Assembly: GCA_964479725.1 (NCBI GenBank)
Contig: CAYZNF010000006.1
Coordinates: forward strand, 5,518-69,517
Direction: 5' to 3'
Length of the DNA: 64,000 nucleotides
DNA from: an uncultured Candidatus Saccharibacteria bacterium
GTDB taxonomy: Bacteria > Patescibacteriota > Minisyncoccia > Minisyncoccales > UBA10102
The translations under genes were made by a program, and so were the position numbers. Within the stretch, counting starts at the first letter, position 1; each line of letters opens with the position of its first letter. Positions 52,425-62,672 of this stretch are shown here, in pieces. Under the pieces are notes generated by a model. It did no database searches and was not told where the DNA came from. It saw nothing but the letters and a program-made list of their open reading frames with translations.

Positions 52425-55139
52425 TTGATTTCAATGCTCACACTTAGAAAAATGGTATATCACATAGGCAGTATTGCTTTTTTGATTTTGTTTTTAGGAT
52501 TTTTCCAGGCGTATGGCGCCTGGACTCCTCCGAATTCAGCTCCTCCCGGAGGGAATATTGCTCCTCCCATTAATACGGGTTCTGGCGAGCAAACGAAATC
52601 GGGCAACTTGATTATCGAGGGGGATTTAAGAGGGGGGCGCAAGATCACTAATTATGGGGAGAGTTTGGATATTTATGGTCTTCCATTCGGAGGATTTCCT
52701 GGAATTATATTTTATACATACAATACCGCAGGGGATACATTTATTCCTCGGGCTCGCTTTCTATCGAATAGTCCGCCTTCAGCGTTTGACTTATTAGAAG
52801 GCACTGTTTTGCGTATATATGATACCGATGACAACGAGCGTATTCTTATGACCGGGAATGAGCTGGGGATAAAATATTTCGATAGCGCAGGAGTTTTGGA
52901 CGGAAGAGTCCGTTTAAACGCTTCGGGAAGTCAATCTTCTTTTATTAGCCCCAGCACAGCAGTCAATCCTGTCCGTTTTGGTATCGGCAATACTAACCCC
53001 GCTACAGAGCTTGACGTAACGGGCCAGATTCATGCTACGGGGGATATTTGTACGGACGCGGGAAGCGGTATTTGTCTAAGTACTGCGGGAGGCGGCGAGC
53101 AATGGATTTTGTCTGGAACAAACATATACAATGCAAACTCCGGGAATGTGGGTATTGGCACTATAAATCCCACCGCAAAACTGGAAGTTGTCGGACGAAT
53201 CCAAGCCGTGGGAGATGTTTGCACAAATTTAGGAGGAGGCGGTACGGGTACATGCTTAAGCACTGTTTCCGGGGGCGGAGTGGCAAACGGAACTTTAGCT
53301 GGCCAAACTTTGAGATGGGACGGTTCAATCTGGCTTGCCAACGGTTTGCTGTTTAATAATGGGACAAATATTGGTATTGGTGTTTCCTCTCCTCAAACCA
53401 AATTGGATATAGCGGGAGAGTTAAGAGCGAACGGGGCATTTCGAATGGGTAATGGCGTGGCAACATCGGGTGTGCCATTCGTTCCTTCTCCAAATTTTTG
53501 GATTCAGAGCGCTTTTTGGAATGGCACTTCTTCTCAATCTAGGGTTTGGAGTTTGCGGGCCGAAACGTCTTCTCTGACTAACTCGACTGTATATCTAAGC
53601 AATCCAGCGTTTGCGGATGTAATGACTATTGGGCAAAACGGTAATCTTACTGTAACTGGCGATGTTTGCACGTCTACAGTATGTCTTAATTCTGTTGGCG
53701 GCGGCGGATGGACAAGCGATGCGAGCGGTATACATAATACTACGGGAGGAGTGGGAATAGGCGGAAACTCGTGGACTGGCATACCATTGAGGCTCCACAC
53801 GAATACTGCATCAAGTAATCTTATGAGTTTTGAGAGATCAGGGGTGACAGCTCAATACAACTTTTTGATGGATGACGCGGCTACTGGCGGGAATTTGAGT
53901 ATTTCGGCGTACAACGGAATATGGATAAGAGCGTTGGCTATCACGCCAGCAGGGAGAGTGGGCATAGGAGGATTTTCTCCAATAGGGTCTGCGCTACAGA
54001 TTTTTGGGACCTCTGATGAAATTTTGCATTTAGAGCGGTCTAGCGGGGAGAGATACAGGTTTGATCTTGGCACGGACAAGGCTTTGGCCATAAAAAATCG
54101 AGTGGGTGATGTTCGTTTGAAGATTGATGAATTTGGGAACGTGTATATTCCAACCCTTGGCGCCGGAATAGGCTGTAGCGGCACAAGCGCGCTTGCAACC
54201 AACACTTCGGGGCAAATAATTTGTGATACAGACGATAATAGCGGTGTAGGCGGAGGAGGAACCGCAAACGCTTTTGCGAGAGTTGAGGATTACTTGGATG
54301 CTGTGCAATTTTCGGCAGGACCAGGGGAAGACGCTATTGAATTTACCTCTGGGCTAGGATTGATTACGACGTTCGAGCCCCTTCGAAAGCGCGTTAATTA
54401 TTCTCCTGACACATTATATCTCCAACGCCGTGTTACGCCAGGATGCGGGGCTGGCGAAGCGATTCAATCAGTTGCTCAAAGTGGAACTCCGACTTGCATC
54501 GCGGTTGGGGGCGGTGGCGGGGGAGGAGGGACTGTAACCAGCGTGGGGGCTGGAACCGGCTTAGCCGCATCTCCCGTAAATCCATTTACCGTATCGGGCA
54601 CTCTTGCCATCGATCAAACATGGCTTAATTCCTGGGGCGATGGAAGGTATCTTACCCCTGTCGCTGGCAATGCCGCTTTTGTAAATGTAGGCGGCGATAC
54701 TATGACAGGCGCGCTCACGATTAGCGCGGGCGGATTGAATGTTACCGGAAGCGCCAGTATCTCTTCTAATCTGACTCTCGGAGGAGGTTTGACCGCGAAT
54801 AGCGTGAATGTGGGAGGAGCTAGCGCCGGAAATGAACTTCATGTGCAGGGGGATGCGAAAATTACGGGCAACGCAAGTATTGCTGGAATAGCGGGTATAG
54901 GATATGAAATAGTTCAGGCTACGTGTCCTGCCGGTACTAATACTTGCACTGCGGTTTGTCCTACAATTCCAATCCAAAAACGGGTTGTAGGCGGGGGTTG
55001 TTTATTTCAGGATGGGGATGCGGAGATAAATAAGGATCACCCGTCGCTTGATGGCAGTCGCTGGATATGTACGGCTGATAACGAGCCTACGGGAGCAGAT
55101 ATTCAGGCTTACGCGATTTGTGCTAACGTAGGACCTTAG
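52425..55139 (+). CDS. Large secreted fibre/adhesin-like protein (904 aa) with Gly runs and a Cys-rich C-terminal domain
   Basis: Signal/anchor ending QAYG-AWTPPNSAPPGGNIAPPINTGSGEQTKSGNL. Repeated I/VGT.NPTAKL(E/D)V.G...A.GD(I/V)CT units. C-terminus ATCPAGTNTCTAVCP...GGGC...WICTADNE...AYAICANVGP. Confidence 0.6.
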   Translation: MISMLTLRKMVYHIGSIAFLILFLGFFQAYGAWTPPNSAPPGGNIAPPINTGSGEQTKSGNLIIEGDLRGGRKITNYGESLDIYGLPFGGFPGIIFYTYNTAGDTFIPRARFLSNSPPSAFDLLEGTVLRIYDTDDNERILMTGNELGIKYFDSAGVLDGRVRLNASGSQSSFISPSTAVNPVRFGIGNTNPATELDVTGQIHATGDICTDAGSGICLSTAGGGEQWILSGTNIYNANSGNVGIGTINPTAKLEVVGRIQAVGDVCTNLGGGGTGTCLSTVSGGGVANGTLAGQTLRWDGSIWLANGLLFNNGTNIGIGVSSPQTKLDIAGELRANGAFRMGNGVATSGVPFVPSPNFWIQSAFWNGTSSQSRVWSLRAETSSLTNSTVYLSNPAFADVMTIGQNGNLTVTGDVCTSTVCLNSVGGGGWTSDASGIHNTTGGVGIGGNSWTGIPLRLHTNTASSNLMSFERSGVTAQYNFLMDDAATGGNLSISAYNGIWIRALAITPAGRVGIGGFSPIGSALQIFGTSDEILHLERSSGERYRFDLGTDKALAIKNRVGDVRLKIDEFGNVYIPTLGAGIGCSGTSALATNTSGQIICDTDDNSGVGGGGTANAFARVEDYLDAVQFSAGPGEDAIEFTSGLGLITTFEPLRKRVNYSPDTLYLQRRVTPGCGAGEAIQSVAQSGTPTCIAVGGGGGGGGTVTSVGAGTGLAASPVNPFTVSGTLAIDQTWLNSWGDGRYLTPVAGNAAFVNVGGDTMTGALTISAGGLNVTGSASISSNLTLGGGLTANSVNVGGASAGNELHVQGDAKITGNASIAGIAGIGYEIVQATCPAGTNTCTAVCPTIPIQKRVVGGGCLFQDGDAEINKDHPSLDGSRWICTADNEPTGADIQAYAICANVGP

Positions 55140-55149
55140 CAGGACACGC

Positions 55150-57315
55150 ATGAGGTTTCCAAAAATCAAACTATTCAGAACCCTTGGCGAGGCTTTGATG
55201 ATAAGCTGGGTGTTTTTGCTTGTATTGCACCAAATCGCCGGAGGAAACGCGGCAGATAACACTACAGGATGGGCATGGTCTGATACAGTCGGATGGGTTT
55301 CGATGAATTCGACGAATGACTTTGGCTTTCGCATACAGGCGAGTTCTGATGACGCATATGATGCTCCGGAAAGCGGGTGGCCATTCAGTGATTTTACCGA
55401 TTCAGAGATCCATGCTGGCAGAACGCAAGGACAAACTATGTATGGGGGGTGGAGATGGACAGGAATTAATATTCCCAATGGGGCTACTATTCAAGAAGCT
55501 TATGTTCGGTTATACAATGCTGGATGGGGAAAGCCGGTTACTACTAATCTTGCGTTTGAAAAAAATAAGACTCCGTTAACCTTTTCAGTAACCGATACCC
55601 CTTATACTAGATGGGGAAGTGGCCAAATTACTGCACCTATCCAATGGGATTGGACAATGCACAAAGAAGATGGCGGTGTTCTTGGCGTAGAATGCGGAGT
55701 TTGCTGGGTCAAAACCCCTCCCCTAACTACGCAACTGGCAGAAATAGTAGCGTTGTTAAATCCAGGAGAGACATTGCAGGAGGTCGTATTATTGGAAGAC
55801 GGGAGTCCAACAGCGTTGCCTCCTCCGCCAGAGCCGGCTCCTAGCCATTCATGGATTGCGTTTGATTTGGGTCCTACTCATCCAAGGTATACGGAGTATC
55901 CAGACAATATGGCAAGGTTGTATGTGAGCTGGACTCACCCTACTTTAGGATCGTACTCTAATATTCCGAATGATCCGCAAAATCCAGAGTATGGCGTCCA
56001 TGTCGATCCGGCAACCGGAGATTTTTCGGGATATGCCTGGTCTGAAAATATTGGCTGGATTAAATTTGATCCTACCACAACACCTCCGGGGGAAATTGGA
56101 GCCACGCCCGCTGTTTTGGATTTGATTACTAATCAAGTGTCTGGATGGATAAGAGCATGTGCGGCTGTTGCGGATAAGGTTACTTGTGAGGGGCCGGCGG
56201 ACTCTAATGCCGGAGGATGGGATGGCTGGATAAAAATGAGAGATGCTTCCTGGGCGGAGGGAGTGCGATGGAACCCAGTTACAAAAGAACTTGAAGGATG
56301 GGCATGGGGCGGGGGTACTACCATGGGGTGGGTAAGCTTTAACTGCGAGAATGATCACGATGCTGCAAACGCTGGAGTGCAGCCGTGCACAAGCGTTGGG
56401 GGAAGAGATTATTTCGTAAAGGTGAGCATGAATGTTCCGCCGACTGCGATAAACTTAACGGTAACTTCAGGTAATTACTGTACGCCTCAACCCGATCGTT
56501 TTGATACACCGCCTTTTGCGATTTCAGATCCCCCAGTTTTTTTGAACTGGACATTTAGCGATGCCAACGCTCTGGATGCCCAATCAAAATGGAGAGTGGA
56601 AGTTACACCATATTGGGAAGACTCCCCTCCTGGACCAAATTTTACAGGTAACACATATCCTCAAGATGATTGGTATTGGAATGCTGTGTCGGGAGACTAT
56701 AATTGGACCTCTCCTGATCCCATAGGAGAAGCGAATAATGCGGGCAGTTCTTACCCGCCGATTGGGCTGTCTTATCTTAGGAATAGTATTAATCCGAGGC
56801 CATACGCGTGGAGACTCAAAGTATGGGACAGTGAGGGCGCAGAATCTGCCTGGATAAGAGGGCCTTTAATTTTAACCGCTTCAAACGCATATCCGCAAGT
56901 ATCTTTCAAGCCAATTCCTGCGAATCCCGTTGTAGGCGAAGAGGTTGTTTTCACTGATTATTCAGAATGCTATAGAAGCCAGGGATGGATTGGCAGTGAA
57001 AATCAGCTTTATCCTTGCCGAGATGTGAACGATCCGAACGGGCCTGGAGGGGATCCCCACCGCTACATTTGGGATTTTGGAGACGGCGCTGTATGCGACA
57101 GCGCTCTTGATGCGGCATGCCATCCTTTAACCAACGGAGGGTTTGTAACCCACGCATATGCAATTCCTACTGACGACCTGGATGTTTCTTTGAGAATTGA
57201 GACTGGTGTAGCTGATGGCGCTGGGGGGATTGCGAACTGCACTAATAATTTTATAAATCTTTACGACGTAACCTATCCTTTGCCAGATTGGAAAGAGACA
57301 CATCCCAACCCATAA
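55150..57315 (+). CDS. Large secreted protein (721 aa) with G(W/Y)AWS..(I/V)GW(I/V)(S/K)(F/M) repeats and a C-terminal PKD-like domain
   Basis: The repeat motif occurs as TGWAWSDTVGWVSMN, SGYAWSENIGWIKFD, (S)GWIRAC and EGWAWGGGTTMGWVSFN. PKD-like segment: VVGEEVVFTDYS...HRYIWDFGDGA. Confidence 0.6.
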   Translation: MRFPKIKLFRTLGEALMISWVFLLVLHQIAGGNAADNTTGWAWSDTVGWVSMNSTNDFGFRIQASSDDAYDAPESGWPFSDFTDSEIHAGRTQGQTMYGGWRWTGINIPNGATIQEAYVRLYNAGWGKPVTTNLAFEKNKTPLTFSVTDTPYTRWGSGQITAPIQWDWTMHKEDGGVLGVECGVCWVKTPPLTTQLAEIVALLNPGETLQEVVLLEDGSPTALPPPPEPAPSHSWIAFDLGPTHPRYTEYPDNMARLYVSWTHPTLGSYSNIPNDPQNPEYGVHVDPATGDFSGYAWSENIGWIKFDPTTTPPGEIGATPAVLDLITNQVSGWIRACAAVADKVTCEGPADSNAGGWDGWIKMRDASWAEGVRWNPVTKELEGWAWGGGTTMGWVSFNCENDHDAANAGVQPCTSVGGRDYFVKVSMNVPPTAINLTVTSGNYCTPQPDRFDTPPFAISDPPVFLNWTFSDANALDAQSKWRVEVTPYWEDSPPGPNFTGNTYPQDDWYWNAVSGDYNWTSPDPIGEANNAGSSYPPIGLSYLRNSINPRPYAWRLKVWDSEGAESAWIRGPLILTASNAYPQVSFKPIPANPVVGEEVVFTDYSECYRSQGWIGSENQLYPCRDVNDPNGPGGDPHRYIWDFGDGAVCDSALDAACHPLTNGGFVTHAYAIPTDDLDVSLRIETGVADGAGGIANCTNNFINLYDVTYPLPDWKETHPNP

Positions 57316-57338
57316 AGATGTTTTTGAAATGAAATTAG

Positions 57339-57911
57339 ATGCGAACAAGGATCAAAAAAGCATTTCGGAGCGAAAAGGGGTTTACGCTAATAGAGCTGGT
57401 CGTTGTTATTGGCATTATCGGCCTTTTGGCGGGAATTGCTGTAATTAACGCGCAGAAAAGCGACAACTCTTTTGTGCTGGCGGGGGAGGCGCAAAATCTT
57501 GCCCAGGAAATACGGCGCGTGCAGGAAATGGCAATATCAAGCAGAGAGCACGGGCCTAGCGCAATTGTGCCAAAAGGCGGGTACGGGGTTTTTATAGCGT
57601 CGACAGGAATAACACTGTTTGCAGATTGCGATGACAATGGCCTTGTGGGAACGACAACAGAATGCGGAACGTATTCTGAAATAGTAAAGGAATTTACTCT
57701 GGATCCAAAAGTAACATCGCTTGCAATCTCGGTAGATGGAGTGTCGAAATCATCCGTGACCGTACTGTATAAGCCTCCCTTGCCTGTCGTGAAAATCTTT
57801 GGAGACTCTGTTCCGACCAATGGCAATGAATCTACTATCAATCTATTGGATGCCGCCGGAAGGACAAAAACAATTACTGTAAATAGAAGCGGGTTAGTGA
57901 GTGTTAAATAG
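57339..57911 (+). CDS. Minor pilin / pseudopilin 1
   Basis: Prepilin signal SEKG/FTLIELVVVIGIIGLLAGIAV. Confidence 0.75.
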   Translation: MRTRIKKAFRSEKGFTLIELVVVIGIIGLLAGIAVINAQKSDNSFVLAGEAQNLAQEIRRVQEMAISSREHGPSAIVPKGGYGVFIASTGITLFADCDDNGLVGTTTECGTYSEIVKEFTLDPKVTSLAISVDGVSKSSVTVLYKPPLPVVKIFGDSVPTNGNESTINLLDAAGRTKTITVNRSGLVSVK

Positions 57912-57912
57912 A

Positions 57913-58434
57913 ATGCAAAAAGGATATACCTTAATTGAAGTGCTTGTTGCCCTTGTTGTAGCTTCGGTCGGGATTATGGCGGCATTTGCCTTGATACAGG
58001 GTTCCGTGGGGCCGCTTGGAACAGCCTCTTCCAGGTTTGTGGCGGCATATCTGGCGCAGGAAGGAATTGAAATTGCCACGAATATAAGAGACAGCAATTT
58101 TTTGAGAATTAGAAATGGAGATGGTATAGTTTGGAACGCTGAATTAAGCGCTTGTGCTTCCAGTACTCCCTGCAAGGGAACTTATGACAATGGCAGTGGC
58201 ACAGGACCTGTTTTGTCCACCTTTACTCCGGATGAAAAACTTCTTATAGATGGAAACGGATTTTATACTTATGATGACTATGGAGCCGGCACTTCTACAA
58301 AATTCTCCAGAATTATTACCGTTAGCGATGTGTCGGCCGATCAAATAAATGTTGTCGTTGAGGTAAAATGGGAGGAGAGAGGACAACAAAGGGCTCTCCA
58401 GGTGCAAAAAGACCTGTATAAATGGCTCCAATGA
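57913..58434 (+). CDS. Minor pilin / pseudopilin 2
   Basis: MQKG/YTLIEVLVALVVASVGIMAAF. ATG at 57913 is preferred to the GTG at 57901. Confidence 0.7.
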   Translation: MQKGYTLIEVLVALVVASVGIMAAFALIQGSVGPLGTASSRFVAAYLAQEGIEIATNIRDSNFLRIRNGDGIVWNAELSACASSTPCKGTYDNGSGTGPVLSTFTPDEKLLIDGNGFYTYDDYGAGTSTKFSRIITVSDVSADQINVVVEVKWEERGQQRALQVQKDLYKWLQ

Positions 58435-58994
58435 AAAATATTTTTAGGCGAAAGGAAAAAGGTTTTACCATAGTGGAAATAGTTGTGGCTGTTTCCGTGT
58501 TTTCTATTCTTGTCATGATTGTGTTCGGTTTGATTGTTGCCGCGATAAGAGAGCAGAGAAGGCATTACGCTTCGCAGGACGCTTTCGGTCAGTTGGGGTA
58601 TGCTTTGGAATATATGAGCAGGACACTGCGCATGGGACAGAAAGATTTGACTGGGGTGTGTATAGGGGCAAAGGAGAATTATGAATTGACCCACGTGGAT
58701 AAGGGAGTAAAATTCATTAATTTTGAAGGGGAATGCCATGAATTTTTTTGGGATACCGCCAGTGGCCGTTTAAAAGAAGTAAGAGCCGGAGAAGTGGGCT
58801 TTATAACTTCTGACACTATTGATGTCCTTAATTTTACGGTAAAACTTCAAAACCAATCGCAGTCTGCGGATTCGAAACAGCCGTTTGTAACATTACTGGT
58901 AAAAGTAAAAGGCAAGGGAGGAGAAGTGGAAGAGAGATTCGAGGCAACGATACAAACATCCCTCTCGCAAAGGAATTTGGATATTAGGAAGTAA
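58422..58994 (+). CDS. Minor pilin / pseudopilin 3
   Basis: KEKG/FTIVEIVVAVSVFSILVMIVF. Confidence 0.7.
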   Translation: MAPMKNIFRRKEKGFTIVEIVVAVSVFSILVMIVFGLIVAAIREQRRHYASQDAFGQLGYALEYMSRTLRMGQKDLTGVCIGAKENYELTHVDKGVKFINFEGECHEFFWDTASGRLKEVRAGEVGFITSDTIDVLNFTVKLQNQSQSADSKQPFVTLLVKVKGKGGEVEERFEATIQTSLSQRNLDIRK

Positions 58995-58996
58995 CC

Positions 58997-59365
58997 ATGA
59001 CAAAAGAATTTTCTGAAAAAGGAGTTTCTCTTATATTAGTGCTTATGGTGCTGGCTGTTTTGATTGCCATTGGGGCCGGCATTAGCAGGGTGCTCATTGG
59101 CCGCCTGCAGATACAGCAAGAGGTTGAAAAATCGGTTGTTGCTTTGTATGCTGCAGATACCGGGGTGGAGGCGGTATTGGTAAATAGAAATAACCCTGTC
59201 AATATCTTGGAAACTCTTTTGAGCAATGGCGCGTCATACACCGTAACAGTAACGGAAGGAGATTTATTGGGCGGCGGGGATCTGAACTGTGTCGGCAAGT
59301 ATTATTGCATCACTTCTCTGGGAAAATACAAAGGAGTGCAGAGAGCTATTGAAATCCGGTATTAA
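58997..59365 (+). CDS. Minor pilin-like protein 4 (GspK/PilX-like N-terminus lacking Glu+5)
   Basis: SEKG/VSLILVLMVLAVLIAIGAG. Last of four contiguous pilin-like genes. Confidence 0.55.
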   Translation: MTKEFSEKGVSLILVLMVLAVLIAIGAGISRVLIGRLQIQQEVEKSVVALYAADTGVEAVLVNRNNPVNILETLLSNGASYTVTVTEGDLLGGGDLNCVGKYYCITSLGKYKGVQRAIEIRY

Positions 59366-59367
59366 TT

Positions 59368-61410
59368 ATGACAAAAGAAGAAGCCAGGAAAAGAATTGAA
59401 AAGCTAAAAGGGCTTATCAACAAACATCGCTATACCTATCACGTTTTGGATGCCCCGGATATTTCAGACGAAGCGTTCGATGGTCTAAAGCACGAGTTGT
59501 GGCAGTTGGAGCAAAAATACCCGGATTTGATGACTCCCGATTCTCCAACCCAACGGGTGGGAGGGGAGGCTTTGGAGAAATTCTCAAAAGTTCAGCATTC
59601 AAAAAAAATGCTTTCCATTGAGGATGTCTTCGCCAAAGAAGAATTGGCTGACTGGGAGGAATACCTTGTGCGTTTGCTGGGGCGTTCTCCTGCAGAATAT
59701 TTCGCGGAATTGAAGGTAGACGGCCTGGCGGTTGCCTTGCGGTATGAAAACGGAACACTGAAAGTTGCCGCTACGCGCGGCAATGGCGAGGTGGGAGAGG
59801 ATATTACCCAGAATATTAAGACAATTGAAAGTATCCCCTTGAAACTGGAAGCGTATGGGAAATTGCCTGCAAAAAACATTGAACATGAAATATCGCGTGT
59901 GCTACAGCAAGGCATGCTTGAGGTTAGAGGGGAGGTATACATCGATAAAAAGGATTTTGAGAAGATAAATAAACAAAGAGAGAAGGCAGGAGAAGCGGTC
60001 TTTGCGAATCCCCGGAATCTTGGCGCTGGCTCAATACGCCAGCTGGATCCAAAGCTCGCCGCTTCCCGACCGCTGAAGTTTATTGCCTACGATGTTGTGA
60101 CTGACCATGGGCAGACTCTTCATTCAGAAGAGCACGCCATACTTAAATCTCTAGGTTTTAAGACAGATGCTACCGCGCGTATTTGTTCTTCGATTGAGGA
60201 AATAGCGGCATACTGGCAAGAGATCGGGAAAAAAAGGGAAAATTTGCCTTTCCATATTGATGGGGTGGTGGCGCTTGTTAACGACAATAAAACTTTTGAG
60301 TCTTTAGGTGTGGCGGGAAAAAGCCCGAGAGGAATCCGGGCGTTAAAGTTTTCCGGCAAGCAAGCCACGACAAAAATTTCGGATATTCGGGTGCAAATAG
60401 GAAGGACCGGTGCTGTTACTCCGGTAGCGGCATTGGAGCCTGTGCAGGTGGCTGGGGTGAAAGTCTCAAGAGCTACGCTTCACAATGAAGACGAAATCAA
60501 GAGGCTGGGGGTAAAAATCGGGGATACGGTTATTATCGAAAGGGCGGGGGATGTGATACCGGCGGTTGTGCAGGTAATCAAAGATTTGCGGACCGGAGAG
60601 GAAAAAGATTTTTCAATGCCAAAGCATTGTCCTATATGCGGCACAAAGCTTTTGCGTCCTGTCGGAGAAGTGGTGTGGCGCTGTCCCAATGCAGAATGCA
60701 GAGCGAGGAAAAGGGAATTTTTGTATCACTTTGTCTCCAGAAAAGCGTTTGATATTGAAGGACTAGGCCCCAAGATTTTGGATAAACTTATGGACGAGCA
60801 TTTGATAACCGGTCCTTCGGATATTTTTGAGTTGAAAGAGGGGGATTTGGTTCCCCTTGAACGTTTTGCCGAAAAATCCGCGCAGAATCTAGTTGCCTCA
60901 ATCCAAGGGAGCAAAAAAGTTCCTTTGCACCGGTTTATTTATTCCCTTGGCATACGTCATGTTGGTGAGGAGACTGCCCTTGATCTTGCAAAGCATTTTC
61001 GTTCGATTGAGAGACTTGCCAAAGCTTCCAAGGAAGAGATTGAACAAATTAGGGATGTGGGGGGAATAATGGCAGAAAGTGTTCAGGAATGGTTTTCGTC
61101 CAAAGAAAACAGGACAATGATGGAAGATTTATTGGGAGTCGGAGTGACCATTAAAACTCCTGCCGCAATGCAAAAAAGCCAAAAACTTAGTGGAATGACC
61201 TTTGTACTTACGGGCAGCCTTGAGAAAATGACCAGAGAAGAGGCTAAGGAAAAAATAGAAGAACTTGGGGGGGGTGTGTCGGAATCCGTGTCGAAAAATA
61301 CTGCATACGTAGTAGCTGGAAAAGAACCCGGGTCAAAATTTGAAAAGGCGCAAAAACTGGGAATAAAAATTCTATCAGAAAAAGACTTGCTAAGTTTATT
61401 GAACCCTTAA
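59368..61410 (+). CDS. ligA: NAD-dependent DNA ligase LigA
   Basis: Adenylation KVDGLA, OB fold, Zn finger CPICGTKLLRPVGEVVWRCPNAEC, HhH region, C-terminal BRCT (GMTFVLTGSL...). Confidence 0.92.
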   Translation: MTKEEARKRIEKLKGLINKHRYTYHVLDAPDISDEAFDGLKHELWQLEQKYPDLMTPDSPTQRVGGEALEKFSKVQHSKKMLSIEDVFAKEELADWEEYLVRLLGRSPAEYFAELKVDGLAVALRYENGTLKVAATRGNGEVGEDITQNIKTIESIPLKLEAYGKLPAKNIEHEISRVLQQGMLEVRGEVYIDKKDFEKINKQREKAGEAVFANPRNLGAGSIRQLDPKLAASRPLKFIAYDVVTDHGQTLHSEEHAILKSLGFKTDATARICSSIEEIAAYWQEIGKKRENLPFHIDGVVALVNDNKTFESLGVAGKSPRGIRALKFSGKQATTKISDIRVQIGRTGAVTPVAALEPVQVAGVKVSRATLHNEDEIKRLGVKIGDTVIIERAGDVIPAVVQVIKDLRTGEEKDFSMPKHCPICGTKLLRPVGEVVWRCPNAECRARKREFLYHFVSRKAFDIEGLGPKILDKLMDEHLITGPSDIFELKEGDLVPLERFAEKSAQNLVASIQGSKKVPLHRFIYSLGIRHVGEETALDLAKHFRSIERLAKASKEEIEQIRDVGGIMAESVQEWFSSKENRTMMEDLLGVGVTIKTPAAMQKSQKLSGMTFVLTGSLEKMTREEAKEKIEELGGGVSESVSKNTAYVVAGKEPGSKFEKAQKLGIKILSEKDLLSLLNP

Positions 61411-61458
61411 AACAATGCGTGTAACCAGGTTACACACATTTGGCGAAGATATTAAAAT

Positions 61459-62550
61459 ATGAAGGCTGTTTTGCATCATTTTAAAAACTACGATTGGATG
61501 CTTCTTGGATCGGCTATGCTGCTCGTGGCTTTTGGTTTGCTTTCTCTTTACAGCTTTTCTATGGGACGGGGAGACTTTTCCATTTTTTTCAAACAGCTTG
61601 TGTTTTTTGGGATAAGTTTTTTTGCGATGGTTTTGGTGTCTTTCCTTGATTGGCGGCTGATACGCAATAATCCGTATTTGATTTTGGTTTTGTATGGCAT
61701 AGGCATAGCCGCGCTTATTGGGCTGCTTCTTTTTGTTGAACCCGTACGCGGCATTCGCGGCTGGTACCAAATCGCTGGAATTTCCCTTAACCCTATCGAA
61801 TACGTAAAAATTATCCTGGTTATATTAATGGCAAAATATTTTTCAACGCGTCATATTGAAGCATACAGATTGAGACACATTATACTTTCCGGTCTTTATT
61901 TTGCCCTGCCGGTAATCCTTATTTTTCAGCAGCCCGACTTTGGGTCCGCGGCCATATTGGCCGTGCTATGGCTGGTTACACTTCTCGTCGCCGGCATTCC
62001 TTTTAAATATTTTCTAACGGTGATTGCGCTTGGCGCTATTGTGCTGGTTTTGGGATGGTCCTTTGCACTCCAGGAATACCAGAAAGACAGAATCCGCGGA
62101 TTTTTGGATCCGAGCGCCGATCCCCAGGGGATTGGGTGGAGTCCCATGCAATCCAAGATCGCTATAGGCAACGGAGGAATTTGGGGGCAGGGGCTTGGCG
62201 AGGGGACGCAAACCCAATACGGTTTTCTTTCAGAACCGCATACCGATTTTATCTTTGCCGCAATCGGCGAAGAATTCGGGTTAGCCGGCATTTTAATTTT
62301 ATTCGTTTTATTCATATTGTTTTTAGGGCGCGTTTTAAAAATTGGGTCAGAAGCAGCAAGCAACTTTCCAAGACTGTTTGCTGTTGGTTTTGCAATTCTT
62401 TTAATGTTCCAAATTATTGTCAATGTTGGCATGAATTTGGGGCTTTTGCCGATAGTCGGTCTTCCTTTGCCGTTTTTGAGCTATGGAGGGTCTTCTCTCC
62501 TCATGCTGTTTTTGGGTATCGGCATTTTGCAAAGCGTCAAAACGCATTAA
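61459..62550 (+). CDS. SEDS-family peptidoglycan polymerase (FtsW/RodA)
   Basis: QPDFGSA, IGNGGIWGQGLGEGTQ, LSEPHTDFIFAAIGEEFG and GLPLPFLSYGGSS motifs. Confidence 0.88.
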   Translation: MKAVLHHFKNYDWMLLGSAMLLVAFGLLSLYSFSMGRGDFSIFFKQLVFFGISFFAMVLVSFLDWRLIRNNPYLILVLYGIGIAALIGLLLFVEPVRGIRGWYQIAGISLNPIEYVKIILVILMAKYFSTRHIEAYRLRHIILSGLYFALPVILIFQQPDFGSAAILAVLWLVTLLVAGIPFKYFLTVIALGAIVLVLGWSFALQEYQKDRIRGFLDPSADPQGIGWSPMQSKIAIGNGGIWGQGLGEGTQTQYGFLSEPHTDFIFAAIGEEFGLAGILILFVLFILFLGRVLKIGSEAASNFPRLFAVGFAILLMFQIIVNVGMNLGLLPIVGLPLPFLSYGGSSLLMLFLGIGILQSVKTH

Positions 62551-62672
62551 CTTTACTTATCCACAGATTTTTTCTTGCATATTGCTCTTCAATTGAAGAT
62601 AATATAGAAAGCAACGATATATATCGGTAACGTTAATATGTAAGAAAGGCTACTCATCGTATTGCATGATAC

